A DNA stretch of 47,722 nt from Chiloscyllium plagiosum (taxonomy: Eukaryota): contig NW_025214631.1 in NCBI RefSeq assembly GCF_004010195.1, positions 1-47,722 on the forward strand, written 5' to 3'. Below, piece after piece: positions 1 through 13,003 of this stretch. The position numbers and the translations under genes are program-made. The notes under the pieces are model-generated. The model had not been told where the DNA came from, did not search any database, and saw only the letters and a program-made list of their open reading frames with translations. The first letter of the stretch is position 1; each line of letters opens with the position of its first letter.

Positions 1-129
1 TCATGGGGTTGCACTGCCAATGTAGTGTTAAACGTCATGGGGGTACTCTCCCAGTGCACAGAAAAATGCCTGGATGATTACAGCCCATAGTCATAATGGG
101 ATCAACCGAATGTCATGGTAAATCTTGAG

Positions 130-465
130 CACTTGGTTCATATGAACAGACAATTTAAGAGCAGGGTTAGGCCACTCTGCCCATCAAACCTGCTCTATCA
201 CGCAAAATGATTATGGCTGCCCTAAACGTAACCTCAAGTCCTTGCATTCTTGCATACCCTTGGATGACCTTTCATACCCTCTTAATTAGCAAAAATACAC
301 CTACCGCTTCCTTAAAAACATTTAAGGACTCTGTTTTCACTGACTTTACAGGAAAAGAGTTCAAAAGACTTTCAACTATCTGAGTGAATATTTAAAAATC
401 TGTTTTAAATGGGCATCCCCTTACTTTGAAGTATGACCCCAATTCCAAAATTTTCCACTTCTACA
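130..465 (-). mobile_element. Old degraded CR1-type LINE 3' fragment
   Basis: Resembles the reverse complement of other LINE 3' ends here (ttaggccactctgcccatcaaacctgctc; ctgttttaaatgggcatccccttactttgaa). Confidence 0.5.
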
Positions 466-469
466 CAGG

Positions 470-3400
470 AAGTCTACACCTGAACCAGACTATGAATGAT
501 CTATGCCTGAACCAGACTGGAATTAATGTCCTTGGGGGAGTTTTTGCCACTGCTGTTGGGGTGGGTTTAAACTAATGTGGCAGGGGGCTGGAAACCAGAA
601 GAGAAAACGAGTAGACAGTGAGGTGGAAACTAGAGACTGTACGGATCATGTAGTTAGCATTACCAAAGGGAAGAGTAGGCAGAGAGCAGATGAAGGCAAA
701 GGAACTGGTGGTCTGAAGTGCATATGCTTTAATGTTTGTGGGTAAGGCAGACGAACTTAGGGCTTGGATTGGTGCCAAGGAGTATGATGTTATTGTGATC
801 GCAGAGACTTGGTTGAAAGAAGGGCATGATTGGCAACTAAATGTTCCAGATGCTTCAGACAGGACAAGGAGGGAAGTAAAAGGGGGAGAAGGAGTTGTAT
901 TGCTGGTCAGGGACGATATCACGGCTGTGCTAAAGGAGGACACTATGGAAGGTTTAGGCAGTAAGGCATTATGGGTAGACCTGAGAAATAAGAAGAGTGC
1001 AGTTACATTGTTGGGGCTGTACTACAGGCCTCCCAACAGTGAGCATGAGGTAGAAGAACAAATAGGGAAACAGATTATGGAAAGATGCAGAGACAACAGG
1101 GTGGTGGTGATGGGCAATTTTAATTTTCCCAATGTTGACTGGGATAGACTTAGTGTCAGAGGTCTGATGGGGCAGAATTTGTAAGGAGCATCCAGGAGAG
1201 TTTTCTAGAGAAGTATGTCGATAGTCTAACGAGGGAAGGGGCCATATTGGTCCTGGTGTTGGAGAATGAGCCAGGCCAGGCATTGCAAGTTGCAGTGGGG
1301 ATTTCTTTGGGAATAGTGACCACAATTCTGTAAGTTTTAGAAGACTCATAGACAAAGATAAGAGTGGTCCTAAGGGAAGAGTAATAAACTGGGCCAAGGC
1401 CAATTATATCAAAATTAGGCAGGAACTGGGAAATGTGGATTGGGGGCAGCTATTTGAAGGGAAGTCCACATTTGATATGTGGGAGGCTTTCAAAGATAGG
1501 TTAAAGATATTACAGGATAGGTATGTCCCTTTGAAAACAAGGGATAGGAAAGGCAAGATTCGTGAACCGTGGATGACAGGAGAAATCGTGCACCTAGCCA
1601 AGGGGAAAAGGGAAGCATACATAATGTCCAGGCAGGTAAGGACAGAATGGGCCTTGGAGGAATATCAGGAGAGTAGGACCAATCTTAAACGAGGAATCGA
1701 GCGGGCTAAAAGGGTCATGAAATAACTTTAGCAAGCAGAATTAAGGAGAATCCCAAGGCCTTTTATTTATATATAAGAAGCAAGATGGTAACTAGAGAAA
1801 GGGTTGGTCCATTAAAGGATAAGGAAGGAAGGCTGTGTATCGAACCTGAGAAAATGGGTGAGATTCTCAATAATTACTTTGCATCAGTGTTCACTGAGGA
1901 GAGGGATATGATGAATGTTGAGATGAGAGATAGATGTTTGTTTACTCTGTATCATGTTGACATAAGGAGGGAAGATGTATTGCGTAGGCTAAAGGATATT
2001 AAGGTGGATAAATCCCCAGGACCAGATGGGATCTATCCCAGGTTGCTGAGGGAGGCGAGAGAGGGAATAGCTGGGGCCCTGACAGACATCTTTGGAGCAT
2101 CCTTAAACACAGATGAAGTGCCGGAGGACTGGAGAGTCGCTAATGTTGTCCCCTGTACAAGAAGGGTAGTAGGGATATTCCAGGTAACTACAGACCAGTG
2201 AACTGGACATCAGTGGTGGGAAGGTTGCTGGAGAAGGTACTGAGGGATAGAATCTATTTATATTTGGAAATGAATGGGCTTATCTGTGTTAGGCAACATG
2301 GTTTTGTGTGGGGTAGATCATGCCTTACCAACTTAATAGAGTTCTTTGAGAAAGTGATCAAGTTGTTAGATGAAGGAAGGGCTGTAGATGTCATATACAT
2401 GGACTTTAGTAAGGCATTTGATAAGGTTCCCCATTGAAGACTAATGGAGAAAGTGAAGCCACATGATGTGCAGGGTGTGCAGGGTGATAAAGAACTGGTT
2501 GAGCAACAGGAGACAGAGAGTAGTAGTTGAAGGGAGTTTCTCAAAATGGAGAAAGGTGACCAGTGGTGTTTCATAGGGGTCAGTATTAGGGCCACTGTTG
2601 TTTGTGATATACATAAATGATCTAGAAGAGGGCATTGGTGATATGATCAGTAAGTGTGCAGATGATACGAAGATTAGTGGAGTAACAGAAAGCATAGGGG
2701 ACTGTCAAAGAATACAGGAGAATATAGATAGACTGGAGAGTTGGGCGAAGAAGTGGCAGGTGGAGTTCAATCTGGGCAAATCTGAGGTGATACATTTTGG
2801 AAGGTCCAATTCTAGGGCGAACTATAAAGTAAACAGAGGAGCCTTAGCAAAAGTTGATGAGCAGAGAGACCTGGGACTTCAGGTCCACTGTACCCTGAAC
2901 GTTGCTGCACAGGTAGACAGAGTGGTCAAGAAGGCATATGGTATGCTTGCCTTCATTGGATGGGTTATTGAGTATAAGAGCTGGCACATCATGTTAAAAT
3001 TATACAAGACTTTAGTTCGGCTGCATTTAGAACGCTGTGTACAGTTCTGATTACATTACCAAAAGGATGTGGATGCCATGGAGAGGGTGCAGAGAAGGTT
3101 TACGAGGATGTTGCCTGGTATGGAAGGTGCTAGCTATGAAGAGAGGTTAAGTAGGTTAGGAATTTTTCATTAGAAAAAGGGGGGACCTGACCGAGGTCTA
3201 CAAAATCATGAAGGATATAGACAGGGTGGTTAGAGATAAGCTTTTACCCAGGGTAAGAGATTCAATAATGAGAGGTCATGTATTCAAGGTGAGAGGTGAA
3301 AAGTACTTTACACAGAGGGTGGTAGGTTCCTGGAACGCATTGCCGGCAGAGGTAGTAGAGGCAGACATGGTAGCTTCATTTAAGGTGCATCTGGACAGTT

Positions 3401-3532
3401 GCATGAGTAGGTGGGGAGCAGAGGGATACAGATGCTTAGGAATTGGGCGTTAGGTTTAGACTGTGGATTTGGATCAGCACAGGCTTGGAGGGCCGAAGGG
3501 CCTGTTCCTGGGCTGTAAATTTTGTTCTTTGT
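470..3532 (+). mobile_element. CR1-type LINE: end of ORF1 plus frameshifted ORF2 (APE endonuclease and RT) and 3' UTR
   Basis: ORF pieces 732-1184 (AETW, YYRPP, MGNFN), 1785-2201 (KSPGPDGIYP), 2198-2437 ([15 protein letters not shown]), 2598-3050 (KCADDTK); 3' end gggccgaagggcctgttc. Confidence 0.93.
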
Positions 3533-3547
3533 AAGTCCTCTCAGGAT

Positions 3548-5620
3548 AATAGACAATAGACCATAGACAATAGGTGCAAGAGTAGGCCATTCTGCCCTTC
3601 GAGCCAGCACCACCATTCATTATGATCATGGCTGATCATCCTCAATCAGTATCCTATTCCTGTCTTATCCCCATAATCCTTGATTCCACTATCCTTAAGA
3701 GCTCTATCCAACTCTTTCTTGAAAGTATCCAGAGACTGGGCCTCCACTGCCCTCTGGGGCAGAGCATTCCACACACCCACCACTCTCTGGGTGAAGAAGT
3801 TTCTCCTCAACTCTGTTCTAAATGGCCTACCCCTTATTTTTAAACTGTGTCCTCTGGTTCGGCACTCACCCATCAGCAGAAACATGTTTCCTGCCTCCAG
3901 AGTGTCCAATCCTTTAATAATCTTATACGTCTCAATCAGATCCCCTCTCACCCTTCTAAACTCAAGCATATACAAGCCCAGTCGCTCCAATCTTTCAGCG
4001 TAAGATAGTCCTGCCATTCCGGGAATTGACCTTGTGAACCTACGCTGCACTCCCTCAAATTTGGAGACCAAAACTGCGCACAATATTCCAGGTGCAGTCT
4101 CACCAGGGTCCTGTACAGCTGCAGAAGGACCTCTTTGCTTCTATACTCAATTCCTCTTGTTATGAAGGCCAGCATGCTATTAGCCTTCTTCACTACCTGC
4201 TGTACTTGCTTACCTTCATTGACTGGTGTACAAGAACCTTCCTGAAGAAGGGCTCATGCCCGAAATGTCGATTCTCCTGCTCCTTGGATGCTGCCTGACC
4301 TGCTGCGCTTTTCCAGCAACACATTTTCAGCTCTGATGTACAAGAACACCTAGATCTTGTTGTACTGCCCCTTTACCTAACTTGACTCCATTTAGGTAGT
4401 AGTCTGCCTTCCTGTTCTTGCCACCAAAGTGGATAACCACACATTTATCCACATTAAACTGCATCTACCATGCAAATCCGTCCACTCACCTAACCTGTCC
4501 AGGTCACCCTGTCTTCTCCTAACATCCTCCTCACATTTCACCCTCCCACCCAGCTTTGTGTCTTCATCAAATTTGCTAATATTACCTTTAATACCTTCAT
4601 CTATATCATTAAGGTACATTGTAAAAAGTTGCAGTCCCAGCACTGATCCCTGCGGCACACCACTGGTAACTGCCTGCCATCCCGAAAGGGAGCCGTTTAT
4701 CACTACTCTTTGTTTCCTGTCAGCCAACCAATTTTCAATCCATGTCAGTATTTTGCCCCTAATACCATGCACCCTAAGTTTGCTCACTAACCTCCTATGT
4801 GGGACTTTATCAAAGGCTTTCTGAAAGTCCAGGTATACTACATCCACTGGATCTCCCTTGTCCATCTTCAGAGTTACATTCTCAAAAAATTCCAGAAGAT
4901 TAGTCAAGCATGATTTCCCCTTCATAAATCCATGCTGACTCTGACCTATCCTGTTACTGCTATCCAGATGTATCGTAATTTTGTCCTTTATAATAGACTC
5001 CAGCATTTTTCCCACCACTGAGGTCAGACTAACTGGTCTATAATTCTCTGTTTTCTCTCTCGCTCTTTTCTTAAAAAGTGGTACAACATTAGCCACCCTC
5101 CAATCTGCAGGAACTAATCCCGAATCTATCGAACTCTGGAAAATAATCACCAACGCATCCACGATTTCTCGAGCCACCTCCTTCAGTACCCTTTATATTT
5201 TTGGCCAGTTTACCTTCGTTTACCTTATTTTTTCTTTGCGTATTTCCTTCTTAGTAATCCTCTGTTGTTCTTTAAAAGCTTCCCAGTCCTCTGATTCCCC
5301 ACTCACCTTTACTATGTTATACTTTTTCCCTTTTGTCTTTATATGGTCCTTAACTTCCCTCGTCAGCCACGGCCACCCCTGCCTCCCCTTAGGAGCTTTC
5401 TTCCTTTTTGGAATGAACTGATCCTGCATTTTCTGCATTATACCCAGAAATACCTGCCATTGTTGTTCCACTGCCATCCCTGCTAGGATATTGCACCATT
5501 GAACTTTGGCCAGGTCCTCCCTCATAGCTCCATAGGTCCCTTTATTCAACTGAAATATTGTCACTTCCGATTCTACCCTCTCCTTTCAAACTACAGATTA
5601 AAGCTTATTGTTTTGTGGTC
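3548..5620 (-). mobile_element. CR1-type LINE, 5'-truncated, disrupted
   Basis: Minus ORFs 4392-5177 ([21 protein letters not shown]), 3646-4083 and 5220-5564; (CTATTGT)n-type tail near 3548-3572. Confidence 0.92.
4238..4336 (+). mobile_element. Short PLE terminal-repeat insertion (family A) with minimal hammerhead motif
   Basis: CTGAAGA(4242)-A-GGGC-tcat-GCCC-GAAAtgtc; 11-bp direct repeat tgtacaagaac at 4227-4237 and 4337-4347. Confidence 0.85.
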
Positions 5621-5624
5621 ACTA

Positions 5625-6020
5625 CACAAACAGAAATTGTTGGTGAAACTCAGACCATCTCAGGAAAAAGATCCAGTGACACTTCATCAGAACTGACAGC
5701 AACTAGAAAAAACTCTGCCGAATAACTTTTCAGCACATGTGTGGGGGGAGAGGTGATGGTGTGGGAAGGAGAGGTAAGCAGATAGGTGGAGATGGAGCTC
5801 AGAGAGACAGATGGAGAAATAAAACATGTAGGTAAATGAAGGCATTATAGGTGCCAGGCCATGATAGAAGAGAAGCTGAAGCAGTGATAATGAGAGCTAA
5901 GAGTAGCAGAGAATGGGCAGTTGGTGCTGAGATAATAGGCCTGAGATTAAGTGCGAATAGTGATTGTGCTAAAAACAACCCATGTCATAACAAATAAAAT
6001 CTGAAAGAACTGCAAAGGTC
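5625..6020 (-). mobile_element. Degraded PLE 3' remnant (family B terminal repeat)
   Basis: Minus strand reads cagttCTGATGAagtgtcactggatc near 5670-5696, similar to family B copies at 33975 and 44520. Confidence 0.45.
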
Positions 6021-6022
6021 TT

Positions 6023-6550
6023 TTTAATATTCCTTGGGATGTGGGCATCACTGGTTGGTCACCATGTATTAACCGTCCCTAGTTGTCTTTGAACTGAATG
6101 GCTTATTAGGCTATTTCAGAGGGCAGGAAAAGCACAGCAGGTCAGGCTGCATCCGAGGAGCAGGAAAATTGATGTTTTGGGCAGGGCTTTGGATGCAGCC
6201 TGACCTGCTGAGCTTTTCCAGCACCACTCCAATCTTGACTCTAATTTCCAGCATCTGCAGTCCTCACTTTCACCTATTTCAGAGAGCAGCCACATTGTTG
6301 TGGGTCTGGAGTCACACGTAGGTCAGACCAGTTAAGGTGACAGATTTCCTTCCCCAAAGCACATTGATAAACCAGATGGATTTTTCCAACAATGGTTTAA
6401 TGGTCATTCACAGATTCTAATTTCCCAATTATTGTTGAATTCAAATTCCACCACCTGCCCTGGTGGGATTTGAACCCAGGTCCCCAGAACACTAGCTCAG
6501 TTTCTGGATTAGTAGTCTAGTGATAATATCGCTAGGCAATCACCTCCCCC
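6023..6550 (-). mobile_element. tRNA-derived SINE (second family), interrupted by an inverted PLE repeat pair
   Basis: Minus-strand head ggggaggtgattgcctagcg..gggttcaaatccc (A/B box-like); a similar split copy lies at 20105-20725. Confidence 0.75.
6127..6273. mobile_element. Inverted pair of family A PLE terminal repeats
   Basis: aaagcacagcaggtcaggctgcatcc mirrored by ggatgcagcctgacctgctgagctttt; flanked by ctatttcagag(g/a)gcag at 6111 and 6274. Confidence 0.75.
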
Positions 6551-7299
6551 CGTTGCCTCTTGGAAACAAAAATAGAAATTGCTTGAAAAGCTCAGCAAGT
6601 CTTGTAGCATCTGTGAAGGGAAATTAGAGTTAATCTTTCAGTTTGAGGTGACCTTTCCTCGGAACATTCCTTCTTAAATATGATCATCATTACTGTAAAT
6701 CAGTGGATCCTGATCCTTTCAGAAACTTGTGACACTTCAATTCCATGACACACCCACATTTTTCATCTGATTACTCATAAACTACATCACAGTAGGAATG
6801 GAGACACAGAGTGAGGCTCTCCCTGCAGCCTCCTCACTCACTACTCCCATCTCCACCCACCAGCCATCCATCTGTCCAGCTACCTATCACCTTGCTGAGG
6901 TCACTGGAAGACCTAGTGTTGGAGAGGAAGCCTATTAGCCAGGAAAGCAGCTGACCCCGCCTCGCTGTGTAGGCCTCAGGTGAAGGGGTGAGGCAGGCCC
7001 CTCCTCCCAGAATGCAGTTCTCATCTCAGGGCCATCTGAGTTTAGTGCAATTCCCACACTCACCACATTCTCAACCCTACTCACTCCTTGTGTCCCCCAG
7101 TCACAGCAGTGAGTGCCCTGTTTGGCTCAGCCCAGGAAAAGGGCAAAGGTCAAAGGTGACAGATTCACTGGGGGGCCCACACACTCTGCCTTGTACCAAT
7201 TACAATCTGGGAGCTGCTCCCTTCCTCCCTTCCACCTTCCCCCCTCCCAAACAGGAAGGTCTGTGGTGTCAGCAAATAAAATGACACTGCTTCCGGAAC

Positions 7300-7690
7300 A
7301 TTCCTGGATACCAGCTGAAAAATGTACTTGTCCACTGTATCTGTCCAGGTATGGCTTCACCACCACCCTATAGAACTGAGGCATCATCTTCCTACTCTTG
7401 TATTCAGTTTTCCTCACAATAAATCATTACACTCTATGATCTTTCACTCACTGTGCCTACATACTAACCTGTTATTCATAAACTGGGACACCCAGATCCC
7501 TCTGCATCTCAGAGCTCTGCAACCTCTCACCGTTTAGATAATATGCTTCTTTTTTACTCCTCTGTCAAATGGATAATTTCACACTTGCCCACATTGTACT
7601 CCATTTGCCAGATGTTTACCTACTACTGAACCCACCTTTACCACGTTGTAGGTTTCTTAGATCATCACAACTCATCTTCCTACCTGCCTA
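7300..7690 (-). mobile_element. Old CR1-type LINE RT fragment
   Basis: Degenerate EYKSRKMMPQFYRVVVKPYL (compare EYRSKEVLLQLYRTLVRPHL) and ggcaaatggagtacaatgtgggcaagtgtga on the minus strand. Confidence 0.65.
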
Positions 7691-7837
7691 GTATCCTTCA
7701 TTGAATAAAGTATGAAGGGAGATGTTTGTAAGTAGAATAAGTACTGTTAGGTGTTTTAGGATGCTGGAAAAAAACAAGATGATGATATTCACTTGCTGAG
7801 ATTGATCAGATCTGAATGATTTAGGAAAGATACTTAC

Positions 7838-8113
7838 TACAGAACTGAAGCACAAAATCTTTGTGTTTGATACTGATGTGGTTCCTGGCCTGGCATCTGT
7901 AAGTGCCAACATCACTTTCCTGCAAGTTCAGCAGAGTCAAGGAGCGATTGTTCTTGGACATACGATAGTTTTTACCATCAGACAGAGATTGCTCACATCT
8001 GTACCAGCTGTAATGAACCAGGTTCCCCTCCAGGATGGAGCATTGCAGAGTGACATTGTCTCCCACCTGAGGAACCTTAGGAAAGATCTCAATGTGTGGA
8101 ATAGAGACAGCAA
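7838..8113 (-). CDS. Exon encoding an Ig C2/I-type domain of the same gene
   Basis: Acceptor tccacag| at 8114; donor TGTA|gtaagt at 7837; 276 nt, phase 1-1. Joins the IgV exon in frame (..LTVN-V-AVSIPHIEIFPKVPQVGDNVTLQC..YSWYR..SLTLLNLQESDVGTYRCQARNHIS..LQFC), giving the canonical C..W..DxGxYxC pattern. Confidence 0.93.
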
Positions 8114-8799
8114 CTGTGGATATGAAGACACAAGATTTTATCCAGAGTCTAAGGAGCAGAATATTCCAAACTACTTAAGCCTGATAAACACAAGCTACTG
8201 AAGCCACCCAAATAGGAACTAAAGGATTTGAGATTATTAGCTTTACTGACTTTCACCCCCAGCCCAATCAGTGGCAAACTGAGAGTTACCTGATTCTTAT
8301 ATAGTTAATTTTTATAGTTAAATAATTCCAAAAGCAGGGAGAACTAATTTCAATCTAAACACTGATGAAACTAGCCTGACTCAGAAGCTCCATAGAACTT
8401 AATTCAATGAATCTTGACTTCACTAGAAATCAGGTACCATAATGGAGCTATAAAGGGACTGATGAGAGATGTCCAATGAAACTAAAACTGTGACAAGAAA
8501 ATAACAAGAATTATGTTCCTAAACCAATCATCAATAAGCTATGGGCAGGCTGAAGTGCCTGAGGGACTGTATGATGAGCAGGAGTGGTCAGTAATTGTTC
8601 AGTTGGATTGGAATGAGAGTGACAGAGGAACAATGACTGATGGTGACCTGTGAGCAAGCTCACATCCAGGGCTTCTGGTTAGAGTTTGAATAAAATGTCT
8701 GAATGTCATCTCAAGAAATTTGAAGAGTTATTGGCTGCTGAGCAGCTGCTGTTGGGCATACTGTTACAAGTCTAGTGATTTTGAAAAACAGGAATTTCT

Positions 8800-9120
8800 A
8801 AAAGAGCACTGGGAGAATTTATAGACAGAGGGAGGCAGCTGATTTGTGAGTAAGGGTAATCTCCAGCCTATGGTAAATAGTACAAAAGTTACTTTTAAAG
8901 TCAGTTAAAATAAATGAATGTAATGAAAGATAAAATAAGTGAAGTAACTTCAATATTTAAGTTTAAGTTTAAGGCATGACAGGACAGGTTAAACAAGTGA
9001 AATGCACATCTTGTAACATGTGCAAATTTGTGTATGATTTTCCTGAGCCATGTGCAGCTATGTTCATGAACTTTGGATTTTAGAGCTTGAAATTTGCAGC
9101 TACACTCTCCATAGCATTCG
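8800..9120 (+). mobile_element. Probable degraded CR1 5' region / ORF1 N-terminal Cys motif
   Basis: ATG at 8977 gives MTGQVKQVKCTSCNMC.., resembling the CxxCxM start of CR1 ORF1; quickly disrupted. Confidence 0.35.
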
Positions 9121-9369
9121 GATGGGTCTTGGGAATACTTGTCCAGAACATTCCCACTACCTAATACTCCTCAGGGAAGTGCAAGATTTTCAAGACCTTT
9201 AACAACACTTCTCAGTTTTCATCAATATTCCAATTCTATACCAATGACTGTTTAATCCAGATCCCATTTCAGGTGCTTTTTTCCTCCTCACAACTCACTT
9301 TCCTCTCAATCTTAAAACTGTCAGCAAATTTGCCAACAATACAGTCAGTCCCTTTGTCCAAGTGTTTGA

Positions 9370-9595
9370 TAAGACAGGGTAGGACTTACAAAATTAATGG
9401 TAGACACCTGGGGAGTGTTGTCAAACAGAAACCTAGAGGTTCAGGTTCATAGTTTCTTGGAAGTGGCATCACAGGCAGAGAGGGTGGTGAAGAATGCATT
9501 TGGTATATTTGCCTTCATTGGTCAGAGCATTGAGTACAGGGGCTGGGACGTCATATTTCAGCTGTAGGGGACATTAGTGGGGCCACTTTTGGAAG
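9370..9595 (+). mobile_element. CR1-type LINE RT 3' fragment
   Basis: agggtggtgaagaatgcatttggtatatttgccttcattggtcagagcattgagtacagg matches other copies. Confidence 0.75.
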
Positions 9596-9639
9596 GCCGC
9601 TGTCCTTCCTTACCATTGGTACAGATGTTACCATTGTCG

Positions 9640-11925
9640 AGGAGGGTCTGCCTACTGAGTCAGTATGGGTGGAAATTAGGAACAGTAAGGGAGCAGTCAC
9701 CTCTTTAGGGGTTTACTACAGGCCCCCCAATAGCAGCAGGGAGATTGAAGAAAGTATAGGTCGGCAGATTTTGGAAAAGTGTGAATGTAGTAGGGTTGCT
9801 GTAATGGGTGACTTTAACTTTCCCAATATTGATTGGAACCTCCTTCGAGCAGATGGTTTGGAAGGAGCTGTTTTTGTAAGGTGTGTTCAGGAGGGTTTCC
9901 TAACTCAGTACATTGACAGGCCGACGAGGCGAGAGGCCATTTTGGAATTGGTGCTCAGCAATGAGCCGGGGCAGGTGTCAGATCTAGTGGTGGGAGAGCA
10001 TTTTGGTGATAATGACCATAACTGCCTCACATTCTACATAGCTATGGGGAAGGAGAGAAGCAGGCACAATGGGAGGATATTTAATTGGGAAAAGGAAACT
10101 ATGATGCTATCCGACGTGCATTGGGAAGCATGGACTGGGAGCAATTGCTCCATGGAAAGGGCACTATAGACATGTGGAGACTGTTTAAGCAACAGTTGTT
10201 GCGAGTGATGCATAAATGTGCTCCTCTGAGACAGGCAAGAAGGGGTAAGATAAAGGAACCTTGGATGACGAGAGCGGAGGAGCTTCTCGTCAAAAGAAAG
10301 AAGGCAGCTTACGTAAGGTGGAGGAAGCAAGGATCTTGCTCAGCTCCAGAGGATTACAGGTAGCGAGGAAGGAGCTCAAAAATGGTCTGAGGAGAGCCAG
10401 GAGGAGGCACAAAAAAGGCTTGGCAGGAAGGATTAGGGAGAATCCAAAGGCATTTTACACTTATGTGAGGAATAAGAGAATGATCAAAGAAAGAGTAGGG
10501 ACGATAAGGGATAGCATAGGGAATTTGTGTTGGAGTCTGAGGGGGAAGGGGAAGCCCTAAATGAGTTTTTTGCTTCTGTCTTTACTAAAGAAAAGGACCT
10601 TGTAGTAAATGAAACCATTGAGGATCAGGTAAGCATGCTGGAACGGATAGAGATAGAGGAAGCTGATGTGCTGAAAATTTTGACAAACATTAAGATTGAC
10701 AAGTCGCCAGGCCCGGACCAGATTTGTCCTCAGTGGCTTTGGGAAGCGAGAAATGTGATTGTGTCGCTGCTTGCAAAGATCTTTGCATCCTCGCTCTCCA
10801 CTGGAGTCGTACCTGGGGACTGGAGGGAGGCAAATGTAATTCCTCTCTTCAAGAAAGGAAATAGGGAAATCCCTGGCAATTACAGACCAGTCAGTCTCAC
10901 ATCTGTCATCTGCAAGGTGTTAGAAAGGATTCTGAGCGATAGGATTTATGACCATCTGGAAGAGCATGGCTTGATTAAATGCAGTCAGCACGGCTTTGTG
11001 AGGGGCAGGTCATGCCTCACAAACCTTATCGAGTTCTTTGAGGATGTGACTAGAAAAGTTGATGAGGGTCGAGCTGTAGATGTGGTGTATATGGACTTCA
11101 GCAAGGCATTTGATAAGGTTCCCCATGGTAGGCTCATTCAGAAGGTCAGGAGGAATGGGATACAGGGGAACTTAGCTGTCTGGATACAGAATTGGCTGGC
11201 CAGCTGAGTACAAGATTAAGGATAGAATTCTTGGCAGTGTGGAGGAACAGAGGGATCTTGGGGTGCACCTTAAAATGGCCACCCAAGTGGACAGGGTTGT
11301 TAAGAAAGCATATGGTGTTTTGGCTTTCATTAACAGAGGGATTGAGTTTAAGAGTCGTGAGATCTTATTGCAGCTCTATAAAACTTTGGTTAGATAGCAC
11401 TTGGAATACTGTGTCCACTTCTGGTCGCCCTATTATAGGAAAGATGTGGATGCTTTGGAGAGGGTTCAGAGGAGGTTTACCAGGATGCTGCCTGGAATGG
11501 AGGGCTTATCATACGAAGAGAGGTTGACTGAGCTCGGACTTTTTTCATTGGAAAAAAGAAGGAAGAGAGGGGACCTAATTGAGGTGTACAAGATAATGAG
11601 AGGCATAGATCGAGTTGATAACCAGAGACTATTTCCCAGGACAGAAATGACTAACACGAGGGGTCATAGTTTTAAGCTGTTTGGCGGAAAGTATAGAGGG
11701 GATGTCAGAGGCGTGTTCTTTACGTAGAGAGTTGTGAGAGCATGGAATGCAGTTGTGGAAGCGAGGTCATTGGGGATATTTAAGAGCCTGCTGGACATGC
11801 ATATAGTCACAGAAATTTGAGGGTTCGTACATTAGGTTTACCTTACATGAGGATCAATGGTCGGCACAACATCGTGGGCTGAAGGGCCTGTTCTGTGCTG
11901 TACTGTTCTATGTTCTATGTTCTAG
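9640..11925 (+). mobile_element. CR1-type LINE ORF2, frameshifted, with an internal RT deletion near 11205
   Basis: ORFs 9669-10169 (YYRPP, MGDFN), 10527-11207 and 11401-11727; (TGTTCTA)n tail at ~11903-11925; the GVPQG/FADD region is absent. Confidence 0.93.
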
Positions 11926-11989
11926 AACTGGAGAGAGTACTCCAGAACAGGCCTCACCAACATCCTGTATAACCTCAAAATACTTGTAG

Positions 11990-12325
11990 GGTTCTATAAA
12001 ATCGCAAGAGACATATATAGGGTGGATAGCAAAGGTCTTTCCTTAGGATAGGGGAATTCAAAACTAGAGGACGTAGTTTTAAGGTGAGAGGGGAAAGAGT
12101 TAAAAGGGAACAGAGGGGCAACATTTTCACACAGAGATTGGTGCATGTATGGAATGAACTGCCAGAGGAAATGGTAGATGCAGGTACAGTTATAACATGT
12201 AAAAGACATTTGGACAGGTAAATGAAAGGAAAGGTTTATGGTCCAAATGCAGGGACAAGTTTAGTTAGGTCAGTATGCACAATTTGAACTGAAGGGCCTG
12301 TTTCCATGCTGAATCACTCTGTGAC
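11990..12325 (+). mobile_element. CR1-type LINE 3' fragment
   Basis: ttttcacacagagattggtgcatgtatggaatgaactgccagagg..gaagggcctgtttccatgctg. Confidence 0.75.
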
Positions 12326-12454
12326 TGTTAAGTCATTTAGATAGAATGTAAATACTGATCCCTGTAGTAATAACCACAGAGAATGCTGGAGAAACTTAAC
12401 ATTTCAGCGTCTGTGGACAGAGAAACAGAGTCAATCTCTTGAGTCTTGGAAACA

Positions 12455-12680
12455 TTGTTAGTAGGAGCAGGAGAAGACCATTCTGGCACTTCAGGATGCC
12501 GTTCTCTTCAATATGACAATGATTGACCATCAAACTCAGTGCCCTGTTCCTGCTTTCTCCCCCATAACCTTTGATCCCTTTAACCTTTAGAACTATATCT
12601 AAACCGTTAATGTTTTGATTAACCTCTTTCTGTGCCAAAGAATTCCACAGGCTCACCACTCTCTGGGTGAAAGTTTCTAA
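12455..12680 (-). mobile_element. CR1-type LINE 3' fragment
   Basis: Minus translation FTQRVVSLWNSL..KGIKGYG. Confidence 0.7.
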
Positions 12681-12891
12681 TGATCCCTGAAGCAGTGGGC
12701 ATGAGTAGCAGCCCAATTTCCCTGGTGGGTCATGACAGAGAAAACACGCCATACCATGAGACAAGGTGGGAGAATGACAGCACATGAGTTGTTGTAGGTG
12801 ACAAACACAGACGTGACATGGGATGAATGGTCTTTCTCAGTTCTGTAATTCTGTGTGGTCCATCTAACCTGCCCAATAGCACCATAAACCC

Positions 12892-12985
12892 ATTCCTGAT
12901 GAAGAGCTTATGCTCGAAACGGGGATTCTCCTGGTCTTCAAATGCTGCCTGACTGGCTGTGCTTTTCCATCACCACACTCTTCTA
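12892..12985 (+). mobile_element. Family A PLE terminal repeat with hammerhead motif (variant stem II)
   Basis: CTGATGA(12896)-A-GAGC-ttat-GCTC-GAAAC followed by family A body; cleavage triplet mutated (ggg). Confidence 0.75.
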
Positions 12986-13003
12986 TATAAACCCTTCCCT
13001 AGG

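Noticed and set aside
6988..7373. ORFs in the GC-rich region downstream of the C2 exon
   Set aside because: No recognisable domain or consistent splice phase; partly old LINE sequence.
7688..7795. Hydrophobic stretch VNIIILFFSSILKHLTVLILL as a TM/GPI exon
   Set aside because: It would need a ~42-nt intron and is not in the phase-1 frame from the C2 donor.
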